Shown: positions 1-8,893, counted from the stretch's first letter. The stretch is DNA of 64,000 nucleotides from Candidatus Bathyarchaeia archaeon (GCA_049970895.1 JBMFMB010000003.1:9121-73120); one strand, 5' to 3'. Numbers and translations are program-made. The notes: a model not told the origin generated them from the letters alone.

Positions 1-2
1 TA

Positions 3-1202
3 ATAGTGGATAAGCGAGCGGGCATTCTGCTTCATGGCTATGAAGCTTTCCAGGCCCTCGACCTGCTTTCAGCAGAGAAAGCGCCCGCTTTCAAAGTGGA
101 CATGGAAGGTGTGGAGATTAAAACATCAAATCCGCAGCTTGGAAACCTTTCCAAGGAGGACATCGTCAAAGCTGGAACCGGAGGGCCGAAGCTCCCACCA
201 AAAAGTTTCAGCCTCCTCGCAGAGCCAGTCAAAATAAGTTTTCCGTTGGAAAAGTTGATGGCTGAAAGGAGGCAAAACCGCAGGGCGCTTAAAGTTTACA
301 ATGGCACCTTGGAACTGCTTTATGAGGGTTGGCCAACCCCCCTTGTGAGGCTTAATTCGCTTTCCTCCGCCACTAGAAGCGTCTGGGCTAAGCTTGAATG
401 CTACAACCCCTTTAGCAACAGCGTAAAGGACAGAATAGGCTGGGCAATGATTAAAGAGGCCATGGAAAATGCAGAGTTAAAAACGGCTTTGTATGAGGCC
501 ACATCCACAAACACTGGAATAGCTTTGGCTTCCATAGCCAATATCTTAGGCCTAAAAACAAGGCTTTACATACCAAAAACCATCCAGAGGGCAAGCGACA
601 CCTACCTGGAGGTTCTTGGAGCCGAGGTTATGCGGCTTCCAGTGGGCTTAACAGTTGAGGCAATAAGCCAAGTGGAAAAGCAAGCGAAAGCCGACAAGGC
701 TTCCCACCTAAACCAATTCGAGAACGACGCAAACTTCAAAGTTCACCTAAAATATACAGCAAGAGAAATAGACAAACAACTGGAAAGCCTAGGCCTAAAA
801 CCCACATGCATAATCGGCGGGCTTGGAACGTCGGGACACATGAGCGCCATATCCCATTACTTCAAAACAAAATATGGAGGCAGCGTAAAAATTGTGGGCG
901 TCCAACCAGCCCAAAACGAGGTTATACCAGGCATCAGAAGAGTGGAAACAGGCATGAAATGGTTCCACAATGCACAATTCGACGAAATAGTAGATGTGAA
1001 ACAGTCAGAAGCCATCCAAGGCGTAATAAAAATCGCGAGGAAAGAAGGCCTATTAATAGGGTTAAGCTCAGGAGCCGTTGTCCACGCCTTCCAAAAAGTC
1101 GCCCAAGAAAAAGGCGTGTACGTGCTCGTCTTCCCAGACAGCGGATACAAATATGCCGAACAGTTCGAGAATTACTTGGCGAGCATTCCGGCGAAAAATT
1201 AG
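3..1202 (+). CDS. cysK: PLP-dependent cysteine synthase of the O-phosphoserine sulfhydrylase type with an N-terminal ParB/SerK-like domain; probably truncated by the window edge
   Basis: PTPLV, KLECYNPFSNSVKDR (PLP Lys), ATSTNTG, GLGTSG and IPGIRRVETG motifs; the frame is open back to the window start. Confidence 0.88.
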   Translation: MVDKRAGILLHGYEAFQALDLLSAEKAPAFKVDMEGVEIKTSNPQLGNLSKEDIVKAGTGGPKLPPKSFSLLAEPVKISFPLEKLMAERRQNRRALKVYNGTLELLYEGWPTPLVRLNSLSSATRSVWAKLECYNPFSNSVKDRIGWAMIKEAMENAELKTALYEATSTNTGIALASIANILGLKTRLYIPKTIQRASDTYLEVLGAEVMRLPVGLTVEAISQVEKQAKADKASHLNQFENDANFKVHLKYTAREIDKQLESLGLKPTCIIGGLGTSGHMSAISHYFKTKYGGSVKIVGVQPAQNEVIPGIRRVETGMKWFHNAQFDEIVDVKQSEAIQGVIKIARKEGLLIGLSSGAVVHAFQKVAQEKGVYVLVFPDSGYKYAEQFENYLASIPAKN

Positions 1203-1379
1203 AGAGAAGGGGCTAGGCGGCTATTGGGCTTTTTCGCAAGTCAAAAATTGTTGGAAATTCTAGAGAGGGGTAGTGTTTTTGTAGCTTTTCGGCAAGCACA
1301 AATATGACCTAAGAGGCTTTAATTGGCATAAGTAGATTTTTAAGCACCTCCAGCCCTTTAAAAAAGGTTTAGGATTACA

Positions 1380-1787
1380 ATGAAGGATTTAGAAACACTT
1401 AAAATGAAAGTTAGCAGAATCATGACAAGAAACCTAATCACAGTTTCCATCGGTAGCACGGTGGAAGAAGCCGTAAAAAAGATGATTGAATGTGATGTGG
1501 AATGCCTGCCGGTCGTGGACTCAAAAGGAGTTTTACGCGGTCTACTAACCTTCAGAGACATAATCACAAAAGCCGTCTATTCACAAGCTGACGTAAGAAA
1601 GCTCAAGGTTGAAGACATAATGACAAAGGACCTTGTAACATGCAAACCCAACGACACAATTCTCGACGTCGTCAAAACAATGAAGAATAGGCATCTAAGG
1701 CGAATTCCAGTGGTAAATGCCAAAAACAAACTTGTAGGCCTAATAACAGACTTCGACCTAGCACTATTCGGATGGGACTTCAAATAA
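1380..1787 (+). CDS. CBS-domain pair protein
   Basis: Two CBS repeats (VSRIMTR...LPVVD...GLLT; VEDIMTK...RIPVV...GLITDFD). Confidence 0.9.
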   Translation: MKDLETLKMKVSRIMTRNLITVSIGSTVEEAVKKMIECDVECLPVVDSKGVLRGLLTFRDIITKAVYSQADVRKLKVEDIMTKDLVTCKPNDTILDVVKTMKNRHLRRIPVVNAKNKLVGLITDFDLALFGWDFK

Positions 1788-1796
1788 CCCACGCCA

Positions 1797-2168
1797 TTAA
1801 CGCAACACACGCTCCCTTTCAATCTTTTCTAAAAGTTTCTTGAGAATCCTCGCCTTCCTCCTAAACTCTCCTTTTGAAACCGTATGCTTCATAGGACACA
1901 ACTCATCTAAAGCCACGCCTTTCCCCTCCACATAAACAACTGGATAAAGGCGACAACCAAGAGGTCTAATCCTATAAACTCGGCACTTCTTTTCGGCTAG
2001 ATTGTAAAAGTAGCACCAGCCATCAACATTCCTAAGCCGAGGCACACCGCCACGAAAAACAATGAAATCTTCTGGGCGATAACCAGCATCCACAAGCCTT
2101 CCAACGTCGTCGCTTGAAAGCTCCATCTCAGTTTCACGGCAGCACTCCCCACAACCAGAACAACGCAT
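1797..2168 (-). CDS. YkgJ-family cysteine-cluster (Zn/Fe-chelating) protein
   Basis: CxxCxxCC, CxF, CRVYRIRPLGCRLYP; start moved to the ATG at 2168 because the longer ORF overlaps tRNA-Ser. Confidence 0.85.
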   Translation of the reverse strand: MRCSGCGECCRETEMELSSDDVGRLVDAGYRPEDFIVFRGGVPRLRNVDGWCYFYNLAEKKCRVYRIRPLGCRLYPVVYVEGKGVALDELCPMKHTVSKGEFRRKARILKKLLEKIERERVLR

Positions 2169-2197
2169 AAGAAAACACCTCAACAGCAATTTTGAAG

Positions 2198-2283
2198 CGC
2201 CGGGAGTGGGATTCGAACCCACGCGGCCCCGAAAGGGCCACAGGCTCTCAAGGCCTGCGCGTTATCCACTCCGCCATCCCGGC
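2198..2283 (-). tRNA. tRNA-Ser(TGA)
   Basis: Minus strand GCCGGGA...TCCCGGC-G acceptor, anticodon arm CAGGC-CTTGAGA-GCCTG, long variable arm, GGTTCGAATCC T-loop. Confidence 0.95.
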
Positions 2284-2391
2284 ATCGCTTGCCATTTCTC
2301 CTAAAACCCCTTTAAACCTTAAATCTTTATCCAATTGGAAACGAATCAGCTATATATCGGAAATGCAAGTAAACTATTCCTGAGCAACAAG

Positions 2392-2469
2392 GGGCCGGTA
2401 GTCTAGCTCGGTTAGGACATCCGCTTGACGTGCGGAAGGTCACCGGTTCAAATCCGGTCCGGCCCACCA
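2392..2469 (+). tRNA. tRNA-Val(GAC), CCA encoded
   Basis: GGGCCGG/CCGGCCC acceptor, TCCGC-TTGACGT-GCGGA anticodon arm, GGTTCAAATCC, 3' ACCA. Confidence 0.95.
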
Positions 2470-2545
2470 TGTGTTTTGTGTTGTACGTTTGTGCAAAAAG
2501 GTTTATTAAATATCAATATTCAGCATACTCATTGAGGCTGTTAAA

Positions 2546-2926
2546 ATGTCCGAAAACCTCACATCAGCAAGATACAGCAGCGGTGGATACTTGCTTTCTA
2601 GGCGCGATGGTTTGATATGCGATGGTTGTGGCGAAAACTTTGAGAAACCCATATTGGCAACCATTGTTTCTGGCGGTTATTCCAGAACCTATTATGCCTG
2701 TCCACGTTGCCTAACAAAGGTTAGAGACGTTAAAACAACAAAACACGAGAAAGGCATGGAAGAGGAAAAAGTTCCTACAGTTGTTGTGCGCAAAAGCGGG
2801 AAAAGCACTTCAGGAGATGTGAAGTGTGAACATTTCTTTGGCTATTTGAAAAAGCGTCCAAAGAACACGCCAATACCAGACGAGTGTTTAACATGCAACA
2901 GAATGATTGAATGCCTAACCCATTAA
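2546..2926 (+). CDS. Hypothetical double zinc-finger protein
   Basis: CDGC...CPRC ribbon plus C-terminal CEH...ECLTC...EC cluster; TTTATTAA box about 25 nt upstream. Confidence 0.75.
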   Translation: MSENLTSARYSSGGYLLSRRDGLICDGCGENFEKPILATIVSGGYSRTYYACPRCLTKVRDVKTTKHEKGMEEEKVPTVVVRKSGKSTSGDVKCEHFFGYLKKRPKNTPIPDECLTCNRMIECLTH

Positions 2927-3010
2927 CGCCAATCAATGCGCAGTCCGGCAATTTCAGCGGTAAACCCTAAAGCACTGCGCAAAACATAGTGGTTTTGACG
3001 AGGACGAAGC

Positions 3011-3706
3011 TTGATTCCATTAAAGGATTTAAACCGACCCTTCAGAACACCCCACGTTAACCGCATGCTACTAATCGTGAACATAGTCATATTCATGGTT
3101 TATTGGCTATCTGCCATGAAAATTTACTTTCCGCCCACGGTTGCCGACAGAATTAGATCTGACTTCACCATGTATCCAAACGAAGTTGTTCAGGGGCAGC
3201 GGCTTTACACTTTAGTGACTTCCATGTTTATGCATGCTGATTGGCTACATCTTTTGGGAAACATGCTCTTCCTATACATTTCTGGAAACAATGTTGAAGA
3301 CGTTTTTGGGCATATAGGCTATTTGGTATTCTACATATTTTGTGGTTTAGCAGCAGCGTTAACCCATATACTAAGCTTATACTTTATTCCAACCTATCAA
3401 AGCCAAGAGCTTTTTACTATTGGAGTTGTCGGCGCATCCGGTGCAATTTCAGGAGTTTTAGGAGCTTACTTGGTGCTTTTTCCAAAGGCTAGAATCTTAA
3501 CATGGGTTGTCTATTTTATACTTCCAATTCCAGCAGTCATTTTTCTAGGCTTCTGGTTTCTTCTGCAATGGTTTTATGGCTTATTTGAAATAGGCGGCAA
3601 CATTGCCTACTGGGCGCACATAGGCGGCTTTATCGCTGGGATGCTTTTGGCACTGGTTTTTGGGCTAAAACGGAAAAAGGCTGGAATGGCCAGTTTACGC
3701 CTTTAA
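3011..3706 (+). CDS. Rhomboid intramembrane serine protease
   Basis: SMFMH...HLLGNM, GASG (Ser) and AHIGG (His); multiple TM segments. Confidence 0.93.
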   Translation: MIPLKDLNRPFRTPHVNRMLLIVNIVIFMVYWLSAMKIYFPPTVADRIRSDFTMYPNEVVQGQRLYTLVTSMFMHADWLHLLGNMLFLYISGNNVEDVFGHIGYLVFYIFCGLAAALTHILSLYFIPTYQSQELFTIGVVGASGAISGVLGAYLVLFPKARILTWVVYFILPIPAVIFLGFWFLLQWFYGLFEIGGNIAYWAHIGGFIAGMLLALVFGLKRKKAGMASLRL

Positions 3707-3710
3707 ATTT

Positions 3711-3775
3711 GGGGTCTGGCCGTCATGAGCTCCTCATATTGCATCTATCAGACTGGGACGGCGTCATCATCCCCC
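3711..3775 (-). ncRNA. Archaeal box C/D methylation guide sRNA
   Basis: Minus strand GGGGG-ATGATGA(C)-CGCCGTCCCAGT-CTGA(D')-TAGATGCAAT-ATGAGGA(C')-GCTCATGACGGC-CAGA(D)-CCCC; two 12-nt guides, terminal stem, AAAAGTTTATC BRE/TATA upstream. Confidence 0.8.
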
Positions 3776-3863
3776 AGTCTGATTTATACATTCCCTGAGA
3801 TAAACTTTTAAACACTGTCATGGACAAATCTTATTTAGAAATTTAATGATGGACGCTTGAATA

Positions 3864-4184
3864 ATGACTGTTTGTCCAAAATGTGGTAAAAGGGTAAATT
3901 CAAACACCGTTTTCTGTCCTTGGTGTGGAGCAAATTTAGAGAGTAACGTAGAATTCCTTAAAAATAGAATTAATGAGATTAGGTATAGAAAGATAGTGTG
4001 CATTGCATGTTTTCTATTGTGCATAATTCATTTGGTGTTAGATACGCTGAGTCCACCAACCACTTTCTGGGGATTTCTTGCTGCTGCTTGTGCAATTATT
4101 CTAATGATACTTTTCATTATACAATTTCGCCTTTACTCCGACGAAGAGAATAGTCTCAGATACAAGATAAGTACACTAATATGA
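3864..4184 (+). CDS. Zinc-ribbon membrane protein
   Basis: CPKCG...FCPWCG followed by two hydrophobic helices; AT-rich. Confidence 0.75.
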   Translation: MTVCPKCGKRVNSNTVFCPWCGANLESNVEFLKNRINEIRYRKIVCIACFLLCIIHLVLDTLSPPTTFWGFLAAACAIILMILFIIQFRLYSDEENSLRYKISTLI

Positions 4185-4210
4185 CTTCAAAATTAAATGA
4201 GCATTTCAAA

Positions 4211-4555
4211 CTATTGAGCTGATTGCCGCTTAATATCTGTTCCGATTTTCTTGTAGAGTGTTTTTAAAGTGCCAGAAACCGTTAAAACATGAATGACTAC
4301 TGGTTTTGCCATGATATCTGTTATTGTGGCTATGGCTACTCTGACCTTTTCGAGTTCAGTGTGGGCTACACGGATTATGGCAAGTCCCCCTTCTTCATCA
4401 TAATCAACTAGTGCCAAACCTGTCTTGCTTGCGCCATATTCGCCATACAACCTTAAAATGGCACTCCACAAAGCGTCGAGAAACTCCTTTGCCTCAAACT
4501 TTTCAGCAGACTCCAATTTTAGGGCTAGGTAGCGGCGCCTCACTTTTAATGGCAA
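4211..4555 (-). CDS. rnp2: RNase P protein Pop5/Rpp14
   Basis: RRRYL, LYGEYG and VSGTLK motifs; adjacent to Rpp30. Confidence 0.88.
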   Translation of the reverse strand: MPLKVRRRYLALKLESAEKFEAKEFLDALWSAILRLYGEYGASKTGLALVDYDEEGGLAIIRVAHTELEKVRVAIATITDIMAKPVVIHVLTVSGTLKTLYKKIGTDIKRQSAQ

Positions 4556-5289
4556 TCTTCCCCCATCCTGATTAAGCGTATTCCAGGAGCAACAAAGCGT
4601 GGGCTGAGCTTTTCGCGGTTTCTCCTAACAATCGCCAAAGGATACTTTGAAACAGCATCTAAAGCTGACGGCTTGTCCAAGTCGAAAAGGGTTGTCAGTG
4701 CCGCCATTTCAAGAGGTTTTCTCATGAGAAGCTCGCTTGTTGCACCACTTGAAATCACGATTGGCACCTGAAAGCTTTTGGCTGTGGCGACTTCTTTCCG
4801 CAATGCTGAAAAAAGCCTTATTCTAGCTGGTCCTTTTAGGGTTAGCAAAGGCTTTATCTCAATTTCCAGTGAGGCTTGGCTGTTTGAGGCTAGCTCCGCC
4901 TCCGCCTTATCAAAAAATCTTCGGTGGAGGTCTGTGAAGGGAAAGTTTAGGAGGTCCACCCTATGATCTTTTGCCGCCTGCCTCGCAACGGCCTTAGACT
5001 CGCATACTACGGCTATTAATTCAAATTTTCTACGGAACCTTCTCAAAAGTTGGAGCAACTCCCTTGGTGTTTTAGGCTTTAAATTTAGACGCGAAGCGAA
5101 GTCTACAGCTTTTTCTTGGCATATACCCCTTAACTGTTGGACATATTTTTCGGCAAGGCTTGACGAAGGCAGCACTGGTATGGCTATCAGGCGGTAGCCA
5201 AGTTCTGAAGCCTTAAATATCATTCGCCTAGCGTGTTCTATGTCGCCTAGGTTTGGCTGTAGGTTTAGGTCTGCGAAAACTCTCCTCAT
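4546..5289 (-). CDS. rnp3: RNase P protein Rpp30
   Basis: R.AAKDHRVDLL, VPIVISSGA...MRKP motifs; conserved gene context. Confidence 0.88.
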   Translation of the reverse strand: MRRVFADLNLQPNLGDIEHARRMIFKASELGYRLIAIPVLPSSSLAEKYVQQLRGICQEKAVDFASRLNLKPKTPRELLQLLRRFRRKFELIAVVCESKAVARQAAKDHRVDLLNFPFTDLHRRFFDKAEAELASNSQASLEIEIKPLLTLKGPARIRLFSALRKEVATAKSFQVPIVISSGATSELLMRKPLEMAALTTLFDLDKPSALDAVSKYPLAIVRRNREKLSPRFVAPGIRLIRMGEDCH

Positions 5290-5732
5290 AGAATTATCCC
5301 AATACTTCTGCAGACTTCAACAATCTCTTTCATGTTGGTTTTCTTGAAGTGAATTTTAAAGTGGATTGAGTCTGTTGTGCAAAGCCTAAACTCGTTTAGG
5401 TAGGCTGCTTGCTTGTCAAGCCTTATGTAAAGGCAGCCTCTTTCAATGTGCTGTTCAATTTCGCCTCCCAATATTTCCTTGTCTAAAATGCTTAAGCTAG
5501 ACGCAAGCTTTTCAAGAAAAGCCCTAACATGCTCTTTTTCCTTAATTTTGGCTTCGAAAAGGGTTATTGGGTTTCCGTGATGCCCGCTTAGGTTAGACTT
5601 TTTAAAAACAATGTTTTCGGAAACTTGTGGCGGAAGTGTGTTGCGCACCGCCAACAAGACTTTTTCTTCGTCTTCTGTAGCGTGGGCAAACACCCTAACA
5701 TCAATGTGAGATACGGGAACTTTAGAGGACAA
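5286..5732 (-). CDS. Exosome-operon RNA-binding protein (COG1325/DUF54 type)
   Basis: HATEDEEKV, GHHGNPI and YIRLDKQAAY motifs. Confidence 0.85.
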   Translation of the reverse strand: MSSKVPVSHIDVRVFAHATEDEEKVLLAVRNTLPPQVSENIVFKKSNLSGHHGNPITLFEAKIKEKEHVRAFLEKLASSLSILDKEILGGEIEQHIERGCLYIRLDKQAAYLNEFRLCTTDSIHFKIHFKKTNMKEIVEVCRSIGIIL

Positions 5733-5745
5733 AACGGCATCACTG

Positions 5746-6051
5746 CTACTTGCTACTCTTCTTCACGCTTTTAGCTTTTCCCTTCTTCTCAGCAGTTGCT
5801 GGCTTTGAAACCTTCTCAGCCTTAGCTTTAGCCCTAGGCTTAATTTTAGGCTTTAAAGAAGTTGCCAGAAACTCTTTAAGGGATTTTACATTATCCTCGT
5901 GGACTGTTCTCCTTCGCGGGTCAATTGGGATGCCAAGCTTCAAGGCTTGTTTTAAGCTTAATTTAACCTCTTTCAACTCTCCGGGACTGAAGCCCCTGCC
6001 TAATCGTTGTTTTCCACCTTTCTTAAAAACTAGTGGCTTCACCACAGCCAT
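5746..6051 (-). CDS. rpl13e: 50S ribosomal protein L13e
   Basis: GRGFSPGELK...LGIPIDPRRRT...NV. Confidence 0.9.
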   Translation of the reverse strand: MAVVKPLVFKKGGKQRLGRGFSPGELKEVKLSLKQALKLGIPIDPRRRTVHEDNVKSLKEFLATSLKPKIKPRAKAKAEKVSKPATAEKKGKAKSVKKSSK

Positions 6052-6057
6052 TTTAGG

Positions 6058-6633
6058 CTAGTCTCCTGTTGCTGCTTTTCGGCTTGGTCTGGCTTTTTCT
6101 GCCCCGCATCCCTTCTTTCTTAAGCCTCTAACCTTTTTGCCAGCGCTTGTTAAGCCTCTGAAGACTCTTCCCTTGTGCTGTTTTTGGCATATCCAGTTTA
6201 TGTCCTTGTCAGCCTTAACAGCTGGGTGGTGCGGATCAACCATTATAACTTCAAACCATTTGAAGCGTCCGTCTTCGCCAACCCAGTATGAGTTTAAAAC
6301 TTCTAAGTTTGGAAACTTTCTTGCAGCCCGCTCTTCGGCTATGAGCCTAAGGCTTTTCGCAGGCTTATACTTTCGAACACCCATCCTTTTCGGTCTTCTT
6401 CCAGCCTTTGGACGCTGCTTTCGCAGTCCACCGCGCCTAACGCGGACACGGACAATTATAAAGCCCTGCTTTGCCTTGTAACCAAGCTTTCTTGCTCTGT
6501 CTAGGCGTGTTGGCTTTTCCACGCGAACTATTGCTGGCTCCTTCCGCCACTCTATTAGCCTCTGGCGCATTAGCTCTTCAACGTAGGATTCTTCAGGCTT
6601 TTTCCAAGCCTCTGCAATATATTTATACGCCAA
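6058..6633 (-). CDS. rpl15e: 50S ribosomal protein L15e
   Basis: [27 protein letters not shown] and RGLTSAG. Confidence 0.97.
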   Translation of the reverse strand: MAYKYIAEAWKKPEESYVEELMRQRLIEWRKEPAIVRVEKPTRLDRARKLGYKAKQGFIIVRVRVRRGGLRKQRPKAGRRPKRMGVRKYKPAKSLRLIAEERAARKFPNLEVLNSYWVGEDGRFKWFEVIMVDPHHPAVKADKDINWICQKQHKGRVFRGLTSAGKKVRGLRKKGCGAEKARPSRKAATGD

Positions 6634-6657
6634 TCTTTTTCACCTCGCCAATAGTTT

Positions 6658-6710
6658 TTGGTTCAACCAAATGGTTACATCCCAGCGGATTCTTAACCGC
6701 CACTGGCTCT
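6658..6710 (-). promoter_or_regulatory. Putative eL15 autoregulatory mRNA leader
   Basis: Structured 5' UTR CCAGTGGCGG-TTAAGAAT-CCGCTGG then GGATGTAACCATTTGGTTGAACC, between a TTTATT box (about 6731-6736) and the GAGGTGA SD of rpl15e. Confidence 0.55.
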
Positions 6711-6754
6711 CAATGATTCCCCAACCGACAAAATAAACTTTTCCAACAAGGCTG

Positions 6755-7438
6755 TCAAGTTTTAGCCTCAAGCACAGCCCTTTTAACAAGCAGATAGCCG
6801 CTTTGCCCTTTCCAAACCCTTTCAGCCTCAACAATCTTTAATTTCTTCCTAAAAAATGGGGCGTCAAGCACCAGCGTTTCGTATTCTCCTCCCTCGCCGA
6901 CAAGGGAAACGCCGAAACGCTTGTTAAGCTCAATTAACGCCTCAACGGTTTCCATGTCAATTTTTCTTCCAAGCCACTCTTTCGAAAAGCCATAGGCATA
7001 AACGCCAGTTACTATAACATCAAATTTTAGGTCCAGAATCTCTCTTAAAATGTTCATGGGGTTTTCGTGCCAAAGTGGTGTTAGACACTTAAGCCTCAAC
7101 TGTTTACATATGGCTTCTATCCTCGCTCTCTGATAGTTTGAGGCTATAGCCCCACAAACAATTCCATCCACGTCAAGCCCAGCCACCAATCGCTTCAAAT
7201 CCTCAACTTCAACCTCTTTCGCTCCTGAAGTTTCGCCCTTAACAAGTGGGATTCCAACGGCTTCCGAGAACAAGTCCATTAGGTGGATGTTTGGGTAGTG
7301 GAACATCCAGCTGTCATCCCTAAGCGGAGCCATGCTCACCAAACATTTCACATCATAACCCAAGCGTAAAACTCGGTGAAGGGCGAGGGTGGAATCCTTC
7401 CCGCCGGTGGCTAAAACTGCAACCCGCATGTGCTGCAT
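6755..7438 (-). CDS. dph6: PP-loop ATPase, diphthine-ammonia ligase (Dph6/MJ0570) family
   Basis: TGGKDS, SWMFH, GAIASNYQ and GEGGEYETLVLDAP. Confidence 0.8.
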   Translation of the reverse strand: MQHMRVAVLATGGKDSTLALHRVLRLGYDVKCLVSMAPLRDDSWMFHYPNIHLMDLFSEAVGIPLVKGETSGAKEVEVEDLKRLVAGLDVDGIVCGAIASNYQRARIEAICKQLRLKCLTPLWHENPMNILREILDLKFDVIVTGVYAYGFSKEWLGRKIDMETVEALIELNKRFGVSLVGEGGEYETLVLDAPFFRKKLKIVEAERVWKGQSGYLLVKRAVLEAKT

Positions 7439-8796
7439 TATCCCATAAGCTTTGATTTAGCCTCTTTAAACAAAGCCTCAGTCTTCAGCCGCCACCTCTC
7501 AAAATCTTTAGGAGTTTTTGGATAATTTCGGTAATGGGCCTTAACCTTGTTCATTAAGTTAACTGTAACCCTCAACTTGTTTAGAAAGTGGATACGCTTC
7601 AATCCTCTGAAAACCCGTTTTGCAGCCTCGGTTATGTTCAAGTGGAAATCTTCACCCAAACCAGCCTTCAAAACATCCTCTTCGGTTAAAAGTTTGTATT
7701 TCATGCCATAGCTTAGGTCTTCATTACTGCACTTCAATAGTAAAAGCCTGAAAACATCAAGGGAAGCCTGCTTCGTTCCATAGCTTTCCATGTACTTAAT
7801 ATTGTACTGCCACAAAGCCTCTTGGCTAACGTCGCCTTTCTCCAAAGCCTCAACAATTGTTTTTCCAGCTAAATAACCACTTATCATTGATGGCCCTATT
7901 CCACCTCCATGTATGGGATTTACGAGGCAAGCGGCGTCTCCGGTGATTATTACGCCGTTTCCAACCATATTGTCCAATGGTCTCCTTGTTGGGTCATACC
8001 ATGCCCCGCTATTGAGCAGTAATGAACCGTCAAAGATGGGTTGGGTTAAAATATGCTTGTAGAACTGTTCTTTTGGGTTTGGAAAATTGTCTCGCATGCA
8101 GACTCCAAGTCCAGCATTAACTTTTGCGTTGCTCTTATAGAAAATCCATGTGTAGCCGCCGGGAGTAACATTCTGGTTTAGATAAATCTCACAGTAATTT
8201 TTGCCTTCAACCTCTTGTCTGAGCTGCCTAATTTCTCTATAGCAGGCTTCCACATCCTCGTTGGATATTTCCATCTCAACTCCCATTTCTCTTGGAAGTT
8301 TCCGTCTAACAACAGCTAGGAAACCGCTGGCATCCACAACGGTTTTCCCTTCAAAGCGAACTTTCTCACCAGTCTTCATGTTTTTAGCCGAAACACCAGC
8401 AACAAAGCCCTTCTCAATAATAGGCTCCAAACATTGAGTCGAATCAAATAAAACAGCACCATTGTCTAGAGCTGCTCTCAAAAGCCACTGTCCAAAAAGC
8501 CTCCTATTCAAAAGGTAGCCGGAAAAATCCTCATGCCTAACTGTGAAAACAGTTTCCATGTCAGGCGAATATATTTTAACGCCCTCTATTCGCCTTTCAA
8601 GCTCACCGTGCTGAGGAGGCTCCAAACCAAGGCTCTTTAGATGATGCTCTCCGAGGGCGTCTCCACAAACTTTCTCGCCGATTTCCTTTTGAGGTTTTCG
8701 CTCAACCAAACAAACCTTTAGGCCGGCTTCAGCGGCTGTTTTTGCCGCTAGGCACCCAGCTGTTCCAGCGCCAACCACCACTACGTCAAATTTCAT
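7438..8796 (-). CDS. Digeranylgeranylglycerophospholipid (geranylgeranyl) reductase
   Basis: GAGTAG FAD motif, KVCGD, PGGYTWIF and GDAA..VNPIHGGGI. Confidence 0.9.
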   Translation of the reverse strand: MKFDVVVVGAGTAGCLAAKTAAEAGLKVCLVERKPQKEIGEKVCGDALGEHHLKSLGLEPPQHGELERRIEGVKIYSPDMETVFTVRHEDFSGYLLNRRLFGQWLLRAALDNGAVLFDSTQCLEPIIEKGFVAGVSAKNMKTGEKVRFEGKTVVDASGFLAVVRRKLPREMGVEMEISNEDVEACYREIRQLRQEVEGKNYCEIYLNQNVTPGGYTWIFYKSNAKVNAGLGVCMRDNFPNPKEQFYKHILTQPIFDGSLLLNSGAWYDPTRRPLDNMVGNGVIITGDAACLVNPIHGGGIGPSMISGYLAGKTIVEALEKGDVSQEALWQYNIKYMESYGTKQASLDVFRLLLLKCSNEDLSYGMKYKLLTEEDVLKAGLGEDFHLNITEAAKRVFRGLKRIHFLNKLRVTVNLMNKVKAHYRNYPKTPKDFERWRLKTEALFKEAKSKLMG

Positions 8797-8893
8797 GGGT
8801 TAACTTCGCCTCTCAAACTTACTTTTTCCCATATCACTGTATTGCGAAGCCTTTATAAAATTGAAAGCCGACTTAAAGGCGTTTTGCCTAACA

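Noticed and set aside
2169-2222. N-terminal extension of the YkgJ ORF, plus ORFs 2192..2383 and 2430..2615
   Set aside because: They overlap tRNA-Ser or tRNA-Val and are translation artefacts
2937-2981. Inverted repeat TGCGCAGT/ACTGCGCA around the rhomboid promoter
   Set aside because: Only 8 bp, mostly a self-palindromic hexamer; could be chance
2392-4200. Possible island integrated at tRNA-Val
   Set aside because: No integrase and no duplicated tRNA 3' end was seen
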